64,000 bases of DNA from a bacterium (GCA_030647555.1 JAUSJG010000008.1:193467-257466), one strand, 5' to 3'; positions 10,319 to 20,683 are shown, counted from the stretch's first letter. Made by a program: numbers and translations. The notes: generated by a model from the sequence alone, not told the origin.

Positions 10319-11329
10319 ATGTTTAACCATCGCATCGGCATCGATCTGGGAACCGCAAATACGCTGGTCTATTTGCCAAAGCGGGGCGTGGTTCTCTCTG
10401 AACCTACAGTGGTGGCTGTTTCAGTTGAAGATAACAGAATTTTAGCTGTTGGAAATGAAGCAAAGGAAATGTTGGGAAGAACTCCGGAAAGCGTCATAAC
10501 GTCGCGTCCTTTGCGTGACGGAGTAATTGCTGATTTTCGTGTTACAGAAGCCATGTTACGCTATTTTATCGAGCGCGCGCTGGGGCGTGGAATTAGTTTT
10601 TTTCGACCGGATGTGATGATTGCCGTGCCTGCCGGTATTACCAGCACGGAAAGACGTGCTGTGACAGAGGCGGCCTTGTCGGCGGGCGCGAAAAACGCTT
10701 ATTTGGTTAAAGAACCGTTGGCGGCGGCAATCGGCGCGGGTATTCCGATTGGTGAGTCTTCAGGGAATATGGTGATCGATATCGGTGGTGGTACGTCGGA
10801 AGTGGCGGTGATTTCGCTTGGTGGAATCGTGGCATCGCATTCCGCGCGGGTTGGCGGTAATAAAATTGATGCGGCCATTGCCGAATACATTCGTAAACGT
10901 CACGGATTGTCTATTGGCGAAAGAACGGCGGAAGACGTGAAAATTGCCATTGGTAGCGCGCTCCCGGTAGAAGAGCAAAAAGAATATGTCATACGTGGTC
11001 GTGATGTTAGTAGTGGGTTGCCAAAAGAGATATCTATTTCTTCATATGAAGTAACGGAAGCAATTCAGGATGAGTTGGAGAATATTACGCAAGCAATAAA
11101 ACTTGTTTTGCAAGATACGCCACCGGAACTTTCAGCGGATGTTATCGATAAGGGGATTGTTTTATCGGGTGGTGGTTCGTTATTGCGCAATATGGATAAG
11201 CTTGTCGCCAAGGTTACAAGTGTGCCGTGTTCAATCGCTGAAAATCCTTTGCAGTGTGTGATTAAGGGTGTTGGCGTGGCGGTGGAAAATTTGGAAGTGT
11301 ACAAAAAAAGCTTACTGGCCGCACGCTAA
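10319..11329 (+). CDS. mreB: Rod shape-determining actin-like ATPase MreB/Mbl (stand-alone paralogue)
   Basis: IGIDLGTANT, DIGGGTSEVAVISLGG and LSGGGSLL actin-fold motifs. Confidence 0.95.
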   Translation: MFNHRIGIDLGTANTLVYLPKRGVVLSEPTVVAVSVEDNRILAVGNEAKEMLGRTPESVITSRPLRDGVIADFRVTEAMLRYFIERALGRGISFFRPDVMIAVPAGITSTERRAVTEAALSAGAKNAYLVKEPLAAAIGAGIPIGESSGNMVIDIGGGTSEVAVISLGGIVASHSARVGGNKIDAAIAEYIRKRHGLSIGERTAEDVKIAIGSALPVEEQKEYVIRGRDVSSGLPKEISISSYEVTEAIQDELENITQAIKLVLQDTPPELSADVIDKGIVLSGGGSLLRNMDKLVAKVTSVPCSIAENPLQCVIKGVGVAVENLEVYKKSLLAAR

Positions 11330-11333
11330 AGCC

Positions 11334-12365
11334 ATGCACATCGGAATTGACGGGTCACGCTGTAGTTCGAAAAAATCTACCGGCGTTGAACGCTATAGTT
11401 TGCTGGTATTGTTGCCTTTAATAAAAGAACTTAAAAAACGAGGGCATCAAGTTACGATTTATGCGCGTGAAAATTCTGATGTATTTAACGGTGCAAACGT
11501 TAAAGTTTTTCAGCTTCGTTATTTTTGGACACATTTATTTTTGGGTATAAAATCGCAATTCGATAAAGTTGATTGTTTGTTTGTTCCGTCGCATGTTTTG
11601 CCCATTATTCGTCCAAAACGAAACGTGCTGTTTGTACACGATGTTTGCTTTGAAGAATTTCCCGAAGCATATTCATTTTTTGATCGTATTTATTTGAGGT
11701 TTACCACGGCGAATGCCGTGCGCTCGGCAAATATCATTACGCACTCCACGTCCACTAAAGAAAAAATTGCAAACTTTTATGGCGCAAAAAAAGTTACTGT
11801 TATTAAGCCTGCGGCTATATCGGTGGTGAAGCGGGAGACATCAATTGCGTGGCCTAAGCCGTACTTACTATTTGTGGGGCGCATTGAGACAAAAAAGAAT
11901 GTCAAACTATTGTTGGAAGCATTTGATCATCTTCTTTCCAGAAAACCGGAAATCAAACATAATCTGGTTTTGTTGGGCAAGGATGGTTTTGGATCCGCCG
12001 AAATCAAGGATTTTGCCGAAAAACTGCGTCACAAGAATAGAATTATTTTTAATGGATACGCATCAGATGGTTTGCGAGATCAGGCGTTGAGAGAAGCAAG
12101 CGGTTTGGTTTTGCCAAGTCTTTGCGAAGGAAGTAGTTTGGTCTTATTGGAAGCGCGGATGGCGCGAGTGCCTTTTGCCTCTTCCGCGTGTGTACCTTGT
12201 GTTGAAGCGGGTGGTGATACCGGGATTTATGTCCAAAAACCGACAACTGCGAATTGGATTACGGCACTTGAGAATTTGATTTTTAAACCGGTAACACCGG
12301 CGCCCGCTTCCTATCGGACATGGGAAGACGTGGCGCGTGAAATCGCGGAAGTGATTACTTCATAA
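11334..12365 (+). CDS. GT4 glycosyltransferase
   Basis: Likely start ATG 11334 (MHIGIDG); TGVERY, GRIETKKN, PSLCEGSSLVLLEA. Confidence 0.85.
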   Translation: MHIGIDGSRCSSKKSTGVERYSLLVLLPLIKELKKRGHQVTIYARENSDVFNGANVKVFQLRYFWTHLFLGIKSQFDKVDCLFVPSHVLPIIRPKRNVLFVHDVCFEEFPEAYSFFDRIYLRFTTANAVRSANIITHSTSTKEKIANFYGAKKVTVIKPAAISVVKRETSIAWPKPYLLFVGRIETKKNVKLLLEAFDHLLSRKPEIKHNLVLLGKDGFGSAEIKDFAEKLRHKNRIIFNGYASDGLRDQALREASGLVLPSLCEGSSLVLLEARMARVPFASSACVPCVEAGGDTGIYVQKPTTANWITALENLIFKPVTPAPASYRTWEDVAREIAEVITS

Positions 12366-12386
12366 TAACTCTCTCATAAAAATATT

Positions 12387-13496
12387 ATGAATGTCGCACT
12401 GGTACATGAGTCGTTGACACGGTTGGGCGGGGCAGAACGGGTATTGGCTGAAATGCATCGTCTTTATCCTGAAGCGCCAATTTACGCGTTACTGCATGAG
12501 AGTGCGGTTACGAAGGCCTTATTTCCGGGTGCCAATTTGCATTTTTCTTTTTTACGTCGATTTCCGGAATTTCTAAGAAAACGTGAAAGGTTATTTTTAC
12601 CACTTTTGCCGGTTGTTCCCGAGACGTTTGATTTGAGTCGGTATGATGTGGTGATTAGTAGCGCTTCGGCGTTCGCAAAGGGTGTTGTAACACGTCCGGG
12701 AACAATGCACATTTGTTATTGTCATTCGCCGACGCGCTATTTGTGGGATTGGTACCCACACGTTCTTGAGGAGTTTGGCGGTGGAACGATTAAATACGGA
12801 ATTCTCTCTATTTTATTGCATTATCTGCGTTTGTGGGATGCTGCGGCATCGCGTCGTGTTGATTTTTTTATTGCCAATTCAAAAACAACGGCTGGTCGGA
12901 TTAAAAAATATTATGGAAGAGATTCGGACGTAATTTATCCACCTGTTAACGTAAAAAGATTTAAACCAACGAAAGAGAACAAGGGGTATTTTTTAATTGT
13001 GTCTCGGTTGTCTCCCTACAAAAGGATAGACGTAGCAATTCACGCTTTTAATAAATTAGAGTTGTCGCTTGTTATTATTGGCGAGGGGCGCGATCGGGAA
13101 CGATTGCAGAGTATTGCCGGTGCGACAATTAAATTCAAAGGGTTTGTGAGCGACGAAAAATTGCCGGATTATTATGCCGGTGCCAGGGCGATAATTTTCC
13201 CGGGTGAAGATGATTTTGGTATTGTACCGGTGGAAGCAATGGCAAGTGGTAAACCGGTGATTGCGCTTCGACGCGGTGGGGCGATGGAAACGATCGTTGA
13301 GGGTATAACGGGTGAATTTTTTGACGAACCACACGAAGCACTCTTGGCGGAGGCAGTACGTGGCTTTATGGAAAAAGAAAGCTCGTATGATTATTTAAAA
13401 ATCAGGGAAAGAGCGGAACTATATTCGGAGGAAAAGTTTAAAGAGAAGCTTCAAAAATATGTGGAAGAAAAGTGGAACGAATGGCAAAATAGATAA
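12387..13496 (+). CDS. GT4 glycosyltransferase (WbaZ-like)
   Basis: GGAERVL, CYCHSPTRYLWD, EDDFGIVPVEAMASG. Confidence 0.92.
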   Translation: MNVALVHESLTRLGGAERVLAEMHRLYPEAPIYALLHESAVTKALFPGANLHFSFLRRFPEFLRKRERLFLPLLPVVPETFDLSRYDVVISSASAFAKGVVTRPGTMHICYCHSPTRYLWDWYPHVLEEFGGGTIKYGILSILLHYLRLWDAAASRRVDFFIANSKTTAGRIKKYYGRDSDVIYPPVNVKRFKPTKENKGYFLIVSRLSPYKRIDVAIHAFNKLELSLVIIGEGRDRERLQSIAGATIKFKGFVSDEKLPDYYAGARAIIFPGEDDFGIVPVEAMASGKPVIALRRGGAMETIVEGITGEFFDEPHEALLAEAVRGFMEKESSYDYLKIRERAELYSEEKFKEKLQKYVEEKWNEWQNR

Positions 13497-13497
13497 G

Positions 13498-13625
13498 AAT
13501 TTTCAATTATCAATGACCAATTTTCAATCAATTATTAAATGGCTTAATTATCAAATAACGACGCCCCCATTGATAATTTAAGAATTGATCATTAATTGAT
13601 AATTGGTCATTGATAATTGAAAATT
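13498..13625. repeat. Heptamer-unit long inverted repeat (AATTnTC type)
   Basis: aattttcaattatcaatgaccaattttcaat pairs with attgataattggtcattgataattgaaaatt. Confidence 0.9.
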
Positions 13626-13706
13626 AGTTACAATGTTTTTATGGCACAGACAAGAGTGGTCCCCTTGTGAAATGTTGATATTTATTGCAATATAAAGCAT
13701 CAATAT

Positions 13707-16313
13707 ATGACCGCACTATTTGACCGTTTTATGGGCCGTGATTCGGCAAAACTTGAGAAAATCAAAAAAATTGCCGATCAGGTTCTTGTTTTAGAACCAG
13801 AAATGAGGAAGCTTTCGGATACCGGTTTGCCGGAAAAATTGAACGAACTTAAGTCTGCCGCAAAGGAAAAGACGGTAGACGAGTTATTGCCGGAAACTTT
13901 CGCGTTGGTACGCGAAACGGCGCGACGTGTGCTTGGCGAACATCCATTTCCTGTGCAAGTAATGGGTGGCATTATTTTGCACCAAGGAAATATTTCGGAA
14001 ATGAAAACAGGTGAGGGAAAAACTCTGGTTTCAACAATGCCGATAGTTTTGAATGCTTTGTATGGCAAGGGCGTGCACTTGGTAACCGCCAATGAATATC
14101 TGGCAAAACGTGACGCGGATTGGATGGGAAAAATTTATCAGGCATTGGGTTTATCGGTTGGCGTAACGGCGCATGGTCAAACGTCTGCCGAAAAACGCGC
14201 CGCTTACGCTTCTGATATAACTTATGGAACAAACAACGAATTCGGTTTTGATTATCTGCGAGATAATATGGCCTATCGCGTCGAAGAAAAAGTGCAACGC
14301 GAGTTACAATACGCGATCGTTGATGAGGTAGACTCGATTTTGATTGATGAGGCACGTACGCCATTAATTATTTCGGCGCCGGATGAAGAGTCTAGTAAAC
14401 AGTACGCAGAATTTGCGCGTATCGCACCGCAATTGGAAAAAGAAAAACATTACGAAGTGGATGAGAAAGAGCGGGCGGTTACATTGACTGATGAAGGTAT
14501 TTCCCGTGTGGAAAAAATATTAGGGGTTGAAAACATATACGGTTCCGGTGAAGTAAAAGTTGTGCACCACTTGGAGCAAGCCTTACGGGCCATGGCGTTA
14601 TATAAGCGCGATGTGGATTATGTCGTCAAAGAAGGTGAAGTGATGATTGTGGATTCTTTTACCGGTCGATTAATGCCGGGACGTCGTTATTCCGAAGGGC
14701 TTCATCAAGCCATTGAAGCAAAAGAAGGCGTGAAGGTGCAACAAGAAAGTCGCACAATGGCGACGATTACGTTTCAAAATTATTTTCGTTTATACAAAAA
14801 GTTGGCTGGTATGACCGGTACGGCAAAAACTTCCGAAGAAGAGTTTCAAAAAGTTTATAACTTGGATGTTTTGGTTGTGCCAACCAATAAGAATTTAATT
14901 AGAAATGATCAGGCGGATAGGATTTATCGAACAGAATTGGGAAAGTTTAGGAACGTTGTAAAAGAAATCAAGGAACGTAATAAGGCCGGTCAGCCCGTGT
15001 TGGTTGGTACGGTTGCCATTGAAAAATCGGAGTTATTGAGCAATATGCTTATTCGCGAAGGAGTGAAGCATGAAGTACTGAATGCAAAAAACCATGCGCG
15101 TGAAGCGGAAATTGTGGCGAATGCCGGACAAAAAGATTCCGTGACGATTTCCACGAACATGGCCGGTCGCGGAACGGATATAAAACTTGGCGAGGGTGTG
15201 CGTGAAGTTGGTGGGTTGCACATTATCGGAACCGAACGACATGAGGCCCGTCGCATCGATAATCAGTTGCGTGGCCGTGCCGGACGTCAGGGTGACCCCG
15301 GTAGTTCGCAGTTCTTTATTTCGGCCGAAGATGATGTGATGCGTATTTTTGGCGCGGACAGAATGAAGAATTTGTTGACGCGGTTTAATATTCCGGAAGA
15401 CGAACCGATTGAAAGTCGCCTTGTATCGAAAGCGGTAGAGAGCGCGCAAGCACGGGTGGAAGGTTTCTACTTTGATTCCAGAAAACATGTTTTGGATTAC
15501 GACGATGTGATGAATAAACAACGTGAAGCATTTTATCGTCTGCGCAATAATGTTTTGGAAACACAAGGCGATAATTCGAAATTGCGTGGCATTGTTACCG
15601 ATCTACTGTCACAAACGCTTGATGAAGTAACCAACACAGCGCTGATTGCGCCGGCGCCGGTAGAAAGTGAAACAGAGCACAATGTTGAAGCAGAGGTTAA
15701 AAAAGCGATTGAAAGATTGATTAATCTTACGGACACCGAATGGCAGACAATTAAAGAAACAATTCCGGTTGATGCCACGAGTGGTATTTCCGATAAAACA
15801 AAGGAAGTACTACATGGTTTTGTAGAACGTCACTATGATTCACAGGAAGAGCGAACGAATAAAGATCCAATGTTCTACGATGTGATTCGCAGCATCGTTT
15901 TGCGGGCTTTGGATTTTCTTTGGACGGATCATTTGGATACGATGGAATATTTGCGCACGGGGATCGGTTTGCGTGGTTATGGACAGCGGGACCCGTTGGT
16001 TGAATATCGTCGCGAGGGTCATCAGTTATTCCAAAATCTCATGGCGACATTTCGACAGGAAGCGGCCGCGGCAATTTTCCATTTGGATATCCATCCGCAA
16101 GCGGCGCCGCGTGTAGAGGAAATGCAGCCGAAAAATATCACAATGGTACATCCTGACGCGGTTAAACCAAACGAAGCGCTTGTTCCTGCCGGTTCAGTTT
16201 CTACAAATAACGCTACCGAGCAGTTACCAGCTAAAAAGAAACCGACAATCGGTCGCAACGACCCCTGTTTTTGCGGATCAGGCAAAAAATATAAGAAGTG
16301 CCACGGGAAATAA
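13707..16313 (+). CDS. secA: Preprotein translocase ATPase SecA
   Basis: EMKTGEGKT, DEVDSILIDEARTPLIIS, TNMAGRGTDI, C-terminal GRNDPCFCGSGKKYKKCHG. Confidence 0.99.
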   Translation: MTALFDRFMGRDSAKLEKIKKIADQVLVLEPEMRKLSDTGLPEKLNELKSAAKEKTVDELLPETFALVRETARRVLGEHPFPVQVMGGIILHQGNISEMKTGEGKTLVSTMPIVLNALYGKGVHLVTANEYLAKRDADWMGKIYQALGLSVGVTAHGQTSAEKRAAYASDITYGTNNEFGFDYLRDNMAYRVEEKVQRELQYAIVDEVDSILIDEARTPLIISAPDEESSKQYAEFARIAPQLEKEKHYEVDEKERAVTLTDEGISRVEKILGVENIYGSGEVKVVHHLEQALRAMALYKRDVDYVVKEGEVMIVDSFTGRLMPGRRYSEGLHQAIEAKEGVKVQQESRTMATITFQNYFRLYKKLAGMTGTAKTSEEEFQKVYNLDVLVVPTNKNLIRNDQADRIYRTELGKFRNVVKEIKERNKAGQPVLVGTVAIEKSELLSNMLIREGVKHEVLNAKNHAREAEIVANAGQKDSVTISTNMAGRGTDIKLGEGVREVGGLHIIGTERHEARRIDNQLRGRAGRQGDPGSSQFFISAEDDVMRIFGADRMKNLLTRFNIPEDEPIESRLVSKAVESAQARVEGFYFDSRKHVLDYDDVMNKQREAFYRLRNNVLETQGDNSKLRGIVTDLLSQTLDEVTNTALIAPAPVESETEHNVEAEVKKAIERLINLTDTEWQTIKETIPVDATSGISDKTKEVLHGFVERHYDSQEERTNKDPMFYDVIRSIVLRALDFLWTDHLDTMEYLRTGIGLRGYGQRDPLVEYRREGHQLFQNLMATFRQEAAAAIFHLDIHPQAAPRVEEMQPKNITMVHPDAVKPNEALVPAGSVSTNNATEQLPAKKKPTIGRNDPCFCGSGKKYKKCHGK

Positions 16314-16334
16314 TTTTGCCTATGCAAAATTATT

Positions 16335-16486
16335 AAATCCCAATATCCAAACCCCAAATCCCAACAAAATCCCAATTATTTAAATCTCAAACCCCATGTT
16401 TGGTCATTTGTGGAATTAGGGTTTTGTTGGACATTGCCTGCCGGCCATAGCTTTAGCGACGGCTGGGTCATTAGGTTTTGGGATTT
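16335..16486. repeat. Heptamer-unit inverted repeat with a nested 30-bp palindromic insertion at 16437-16466
   Basis: Same architecture as 10121 and 22972; right arm interrupted by cctgccggccatagctttagcgacggctgg. Confidence 0.88.
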
Positions 16487-16528
16487 TTGTATTGGTTATT
16501 GATAATAAAATTGGTGTATAATGGCTGT

Positions 16529-16993
16529 ATGGTTGAAATAGCTAATCACATTCATGATTTAAAACGGGGGGTTGATTTTATCGGTGTTGGCGTGGTTTTT
16601 ATTTGTCATGATGGGCACGGTCGGGTTTTGTTGCACAAACGCAGTAATAAATGTCGTGATGAACATGGACGCTGGAACAACGGGGGTGGGGCGGTAGAAT
16701 TTGGAGAAGACCTGGACACGGCGGTTCGTCGTGAGGTAATGGAAGAATATGGAGTTGAGCCGATTGAATTGAAATATCTCGAGCATAAGAATGTCATTAG
16801 ACAAAATGGCGACCATCAAACGCATTGGGTGGCAATGCGTTATTCAGTGTTAGTAGATCCTGAAAAAGTGATTAATGGTGACCCCGAAAAGATTGATGAA
16901 TTTGGTTGGTTTACGCTTGATAATTTACCGACGCCCCTACATGGGGTTTTGGCAAATGAACTCGAATTGGTAAAAAAGGTTTTGGGGGTGTAA
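16529..16993 (+). CDS. NUDIX hydrolase
   Basis: GGAVEFGEDLDTAVRREVMEEYG Nudix box; ATG 16529 lies 6 nt after TATAAT. Confidence 0.9.
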   Translation: MVEIANHIHDLKRGVDFIGVGVVFICHDGHGRVLLHKRSNKCRDEHGRWNNGGGAVEFGEDLDTAVRREVMEEYGVEPIELKYLEHKNVIRQNGDHQTHWVAMRYSVLVDPEKVINGDPEKIDEFGWFTLDNLPTPLHGVLANELELVKKVLGV

Positions 16994-17070
16994 TAATAAA
17001 GGTATGATGTAAAAGATAATTTTCACTAACCAAACAAGTGATGATTATTTTTAATGAATGAAGAACAGAT

Positions 17071-18366
17071 ATGAATAAAATCGCATTACAAAAAAGTGAT
17101 CCCGAAGTTTACGCGGCAGTAGAGGGAGAGATGCAAAGACAGCGCGAAGGCGTTGAATTAATTGCGTCTGAAAATTATGTTTCTCCGGCGGTGTTGGAGG
17201 CGCTTGGTAGTCATCTTACAAATAAGTATGCGGAAGGATTCCCTGGAAAACGCTATTATGGTGGTCAGGAGTTTACGGATGCGGTCGAGACCCTGGCGAT
17301 TGAAAGGGCGAAAAAAATCTTCCGTTGTGATCACGCTAATGTGCAACCGCTTTCCGGTGCGCCGGCAAATATTGCCGTCTATTTTTCTTGGTTAGAGCCG
17401 GGTGATGCAATTATGGGAATGGATCTCTCGCATGGTGGTCATTTAACGCACGGTAGCCCAGTTACATACATGTCGAAGCTTTTTAACTTTGTGCGTTATA
17501 AGATGGGTGATCCTGAAACCGGTGCGATTGATTACGACGATATGTTAAAAGTGGCGAAACAGGAAAAAGTGAAAATTATTCTCGCCGGCTTTTCAGCCTA
17601 TCCGCGGGAACTCGATTACGCTAAAATTCGTGCGATTGCGGACGAAGTGGGCGCAATTGCGATGGCGGACGTGGCGCATGTGGCCGGTTTGATTGCGGCC
17701 GGTGAGTTAAAGAATCCGTTTGATTTTGGCTTTAATGTTGTTACAACAACAACCCACAAAACCTTGCGTGGTCCGCGTGGGGGAATGATTATGTCGCGTG
17801 GAAAAGTATCGAACCCATTGAAAGCTGTCGAAAAAACAGTGGAGAATTTGCCCACACTAATCGATCGCAGTGTTTTCCCGGGGTTTCAGGGTGGTCCACA
17901 CATGAATAATATCGCCGCGATTGCGGTGGCTTTGGGTGAAGCGATGCAACCGGAATATAAAGTTTATGCCAAGCAGGTGATTGCTAATGCCAAAACGATG
18001 GCGGCGAGGCTAATGGCTAATGGTTGCAAACTGGTTACCAATGGTACCGATAATCACATGATGGTAGTGGATTGTGTAAAGTCGTTTGGTTTGAATGGCA
18101 AAGAAGCCCAACATATTTTGGATGAAGTGGGGATCAGTGCCAGTAAAAGCACGGTGCCGGACGATACATTACCGCCATATTCACCGAGCGGGTTGCGTTT
18201 GGGTACGCCGGCCGTAACAACGCGTGGTATGAAGGCGCCGGAAATTGAAAAACTCACCGATTTTATGCTACAAGCGATTCGCGAACATGAAGATACGGCA
18301 AAAATGGCACAACTAAAAAATGAAGTGCGTGAGTTTTGTTTGTCGTTTCCGTTGCCGGGGATGTAA
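17071..18366 (+). CDS. glyA: Serine hydroxymethyltransferase
   Basis: LIASEN, NKYAEG.PGKRYYGG, TTTHKTLRGPRGG PLP-lysine motif. Confidence 0.98.
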   Translation: MNKIALQKSDPEVYAAVEGEMQRQREGVELIASENYVSPAVLEALGSHLTNKYAEGFPGKRYYGGQEFTDAVETLAIERAKKIFRCDHANVQPLSGAPANIAVYFSWLEPGDAIMGMDLSHGGHLTHGSPVTYMSKLFNFVRYKMGDPETGAIDYDDMLKVAKQEKVKIILAGFSAYPRELDYAKIRAIADEVGAIAMADVAHVAGLIAAGELKNPFDFGFNVVTTTTHKTLRGPRGGMIMSRGKVSNPLKAVEKTVENLPTLIDRSVFPGFQGGPHMNNIAAIAVALGEAMQPEYKVYAKQVIANAKTMAARLMANGCKLVTNGTDNHMMVVDCVKSFGLNGKEAQHILDEVGISASKSTVPDDTLPPYSPSGLRLGTPAVTTRGMKAPEIEKLTDFMLQAIREHEDTAKMAQLKNEVREFCLSFPLPGM

Positions 18367-18368
18367 CG

Positions 18369-18460
18369 CAAGGTCGGACTTTGCGAAAAGGTCCGACCTT
18401 GATTGGTCGGCAAGAAGGATGCGACCAATGAGGGTCGGACCCCGCGAGGAGTCCGACCCT
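18369..18460. repeat. Three adjacent hairpins, two of the AGGTCGGAC/GTCCGACCT REP-like family
   Basis: caaggtcggac..gtccgaccttg, attggtcg..cgaccaat, agggtcggac..gtccgaccct; related to 62153 and 63169. Confidence 0.85.
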
Positions 18461-18514
18461 GCTTACGGTTAAATATGTTGTTTAATTGTAATAATTCTGC
18501 TATAATATTTTACT

Positions 18515-19375
18515 ATGAATCCACAAATTCTCGACGGTCGAAAATTAGCTTCAAAAATCGATGAGCAATTAGCGCGTCGTATTGCCGTGCTTAAGACGGC
18601 CGGAACTACTCCCGGGCTGGCGATTTTGCTAAAAGAAGGAGATAAAGAGAGCGCAATTTTTGTTCGTCAAAAGGAAAAGAAATGTGAATTGCTGGGTATT
18701 GAGGTTGTTATTGAAACATTGCCCAAAGAAGGTTTTTTGGAGAATGCCACGAAGATTGTTGCAAGATGGAACGCAAATCCAAAACTGCATGGTATTGTGA
18801 TTCAGGTCCCGCGGGGTGATGCGAGTGAAATGCGCGAAGTGACAAAGATGGTGGATCCAAAAAAAGACGTGGATTGTTTGCATCCGGAAAATATTGGTTT
18901 GCTGTCTTTTAGTAAGCCAAGATTTTTACCCCCAACACCGGCCGGTATTCATCAGTTGTTAATCAAAAATAAAATAAATTTTGACGGTAAACACGTTGTA
19001 ATAATCGGTCGCGGAAATTTAGTGGGGAAGCCGTTGGCATTATTGCTTTTGCAAAAGAAAAAAGACGCTAATGCGACCGTGACCGTTTGTCATCGTCACA
19101 CAAAAGATTTAGCTCATCACACAAAACAAGCCGATATTTTAGTTGTGGCGATCGGACAAAAAGAATTTATCGGCAGGGAATACATTAATAAAGGATGTGT
19201 GTTGGTTGATGTTGGAATTCACAAGGTTGGTGATAGTTGGTTCGGTGATGTAAAACATTCGGAAGTTGACAGATTAGTTTCCGCGGTAACACCTGTGCCG
19301 GGTGGCGTTGGTCCGATGACGGTGACGATGCTGTTGTCGAATGTAATTTTATCAGCAGAGAATTATTTAGTTTAG
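18515..19375 (+). CDS. folD: Methylenetetrahydrofolate dehydrogenase/cyclohydrolase
   Basis: ILDGRKLA, KDVDCLHPEN, GRGNLVGKP, TPVPGGVGPMT. Confidence 0.97.
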   Translation: MNPQILDGRKLASKIDEQLARRIAVLKTAGTTPGLAILLKEGDKESAIFVRQKEKKCELLGIEVVIETLPKEGFLENATKIVARWNANPKLHGIVIQVPRGDASEMREVTKMVDPKKDVDCLHPENIGLLSFSKPRFLPPTPAGIHQLLIKNKINFDGKHVVIIGRGNLVGKPLALLLLQKKKDANATVTVCHRHTKDLAHHTKQADILVVAIGQKEFIGREYINKGCVLVDVGIHKVGDSWFGDVKHSEVDRLVSAVTPVPGGVGPMTVTMLLSNVILSAENYLV

Positions 19376-19409
19376 TTTTCCATAAAAAGTTTTTGTGGGT
19401 CGCTGATTT

Positions 19410-19443
19410 GTATATAGTATTTGGTATATAGTATATGGATTTA
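19410..19443. repeat. Solo arm of GTATnnn heptamer repeat
   Basis: gtatatagtatttggtatatagtatatggattta is near-identical to the left arm at 51775-51808. Confidence 0.8.
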
Positions 19444-19492
19444 GTGGGCAATAATTTCGCTAGAATTTTTACGAATAGAAGTAGTTAAACAT

Positions 19493-19525
19493 AAAAAAAC
19501 ACCGAGCAAGGGTTACTTGCTCGGT
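19493..19525 (-). terminator. Intrinsic terminator of the orphan gene
   Basis: ACCGAGCAAG/CTTGCTCGGT 10-bp stem with a T tract on the minus strand. Confidence 0.85.
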
Positions 19526-19559
19526 TGTTGGGGTTTCTGAAAGAACGTTTTTTGCGACT

Positions 19560-20513
19560 CTACTTAGCCGCGAACTTCTCGAACGTCTCCGACTCGGGGT
19601 CGAAGACCAGCGGATCTCCGTCCCACGCGGTCAGGAGAATTTTGCCGTCGGCCTGTTTTTCGGCGCCCCGCACCATCGTGCCTTTGATCGGGCACTCGAC
19701 GAAACGCCAGGCGTTTTCATCGTCGGGGACGAGTAGTCCGCCGAAGATTGATGCGCTGGAGTGAGCCACTCGAATGAATTGGTCCTCTACGCCGGAGATG
19801 TAGGCAGGCCCCTCTGAAACGACGCGTATAACGACGCGATCGCCAAACGGACGCTCGGTGTCGGGGGACCACTCCAAAATCTGGTGGGAGGACACGATAA
19901 AGGTTTTTCCTCCTACTTCGAAGATGTTGGAAATGTTCGGTCCGACTGGAAACATCCGATATTTTCCTCCGGACGGCGCAACGAACACATCATGGCGCAT
20001 TCCGCCGTGATTATGTCCTTCGCCGTTTGCGCTGAAACGGCCGTAGCATGACACAACGGCGAATGTGCCGGCGGATGTCGTGTACTCTTCACGCCGATTT
20101 TGTGACGGATGATATTGGATCACCTTCCCCTCATTTGTCATCTTCGCCTCTTCGTAGGCGATTCCGACTTCAGTGGAGAAGTCTTCAATTTCCATTTTGG
20201 CCTCGTCGGCATCACTTATTTTTCGCCAAGAGTCGGCGAGCGACACTTGGCTAGCCCCGAACTCAAGTTGGATGGCCGGTGGGTTCTCTTGCTCGTATTT
20301 CCGCGCAGCCTCCGCGAGCGCCGTGTAATCGATCATGGGCGCGTTCGGCGCGACCGCGACTTCCGCCACTTTCTTCGGCGGGACAACTTTGTCCATCTCG
20401 GCGATCTGCCATTTGAGCATCATGATCCCGGCGACCGACAGGGCGCCGACAGCCACGAGAAAGTTGAGAAACAAAACCGTGGCCACCAAATTCACCGACC
20501 GTTGCGAGTGCAT
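19560..20513 (-). CDS. Orphan single-TM protein with large beta-rich soluble domain; GC-rich relative to neighbours
   Basis: ATG 20513 is preceded by GGAGGTG; hydrophobic N-terminus; no family recognised. Confidence 0.75.
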   Translation of the reverse strand: MHSQRSVNLVATVLFLNFLVAVGALSVAGIMMLKWQIAEMDKVVPPKKVAEVAVAPNAPMIDYTALAEAARKYEQENPPAIQLEFGASQVSLADSWRKISDADEAKMEIEDFSTEVGIAYEEAKMTNEGKVIQYHPSQNRREEYTTSAGTFAVVSCYGRFSANGEGHNHGGMRHDVFVAPSGGKYRMFPVGPNISNIFEVGGKTFIVSSHQILEWSPDTERPFGDRVVIRVVSEGPAYISGVEDQFIRVAHSSASIFGGLLVPDDENAWRFVECPIKGTMVRGAEKQADGKILLTAWDGDPLVFDPESETFEKFAAK

Positions 20514-20579
20514 GTAGCACCTCCATTGGGACAGAAACACGAAACAGAAACAACGCAAATTGTGAAAAAACAAGATAGT

Positions 20580-20608
20580 ATTATACACCCGCTGGTTGAA
20601 TTTGTCAA
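20580..20608 (-). promoter_or_regulatory. Consensus sigma70 promoter TTGACA-17-TATAAT, followed by boxA-like TGTTTTTTCACAATTT (20572-20557)
   Basis: Exact hexamers and spacing read from the sequence. Confidence 0.88.
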
Positions 20609-20683
20609 GCCTGCCTAGTGTAACCGCTTTTATGATTATTTTACGGGGTAGGCACAATTTACATTATCCTATATAATTTTTTT

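Noticed and set aside
18367-18514. ZTP or THF riboswitch upstream of folD
   Set aside because: No ZTP consensus (GACUGGCG...CGCCUGGG) is seen, the hairpins belong to a dispersed repeat family, and folD has a -10 box only 8 nt upstream of its start.
20514-20657. Long N-terminal extensions in the ORF track (20657, also 16478, 34113, 37801, 37807, 57152, 6860, 11268)
   Set aside because: They run through promoters, repeats or upstream genes; downstream starts have better SD, -10 or coupling support.
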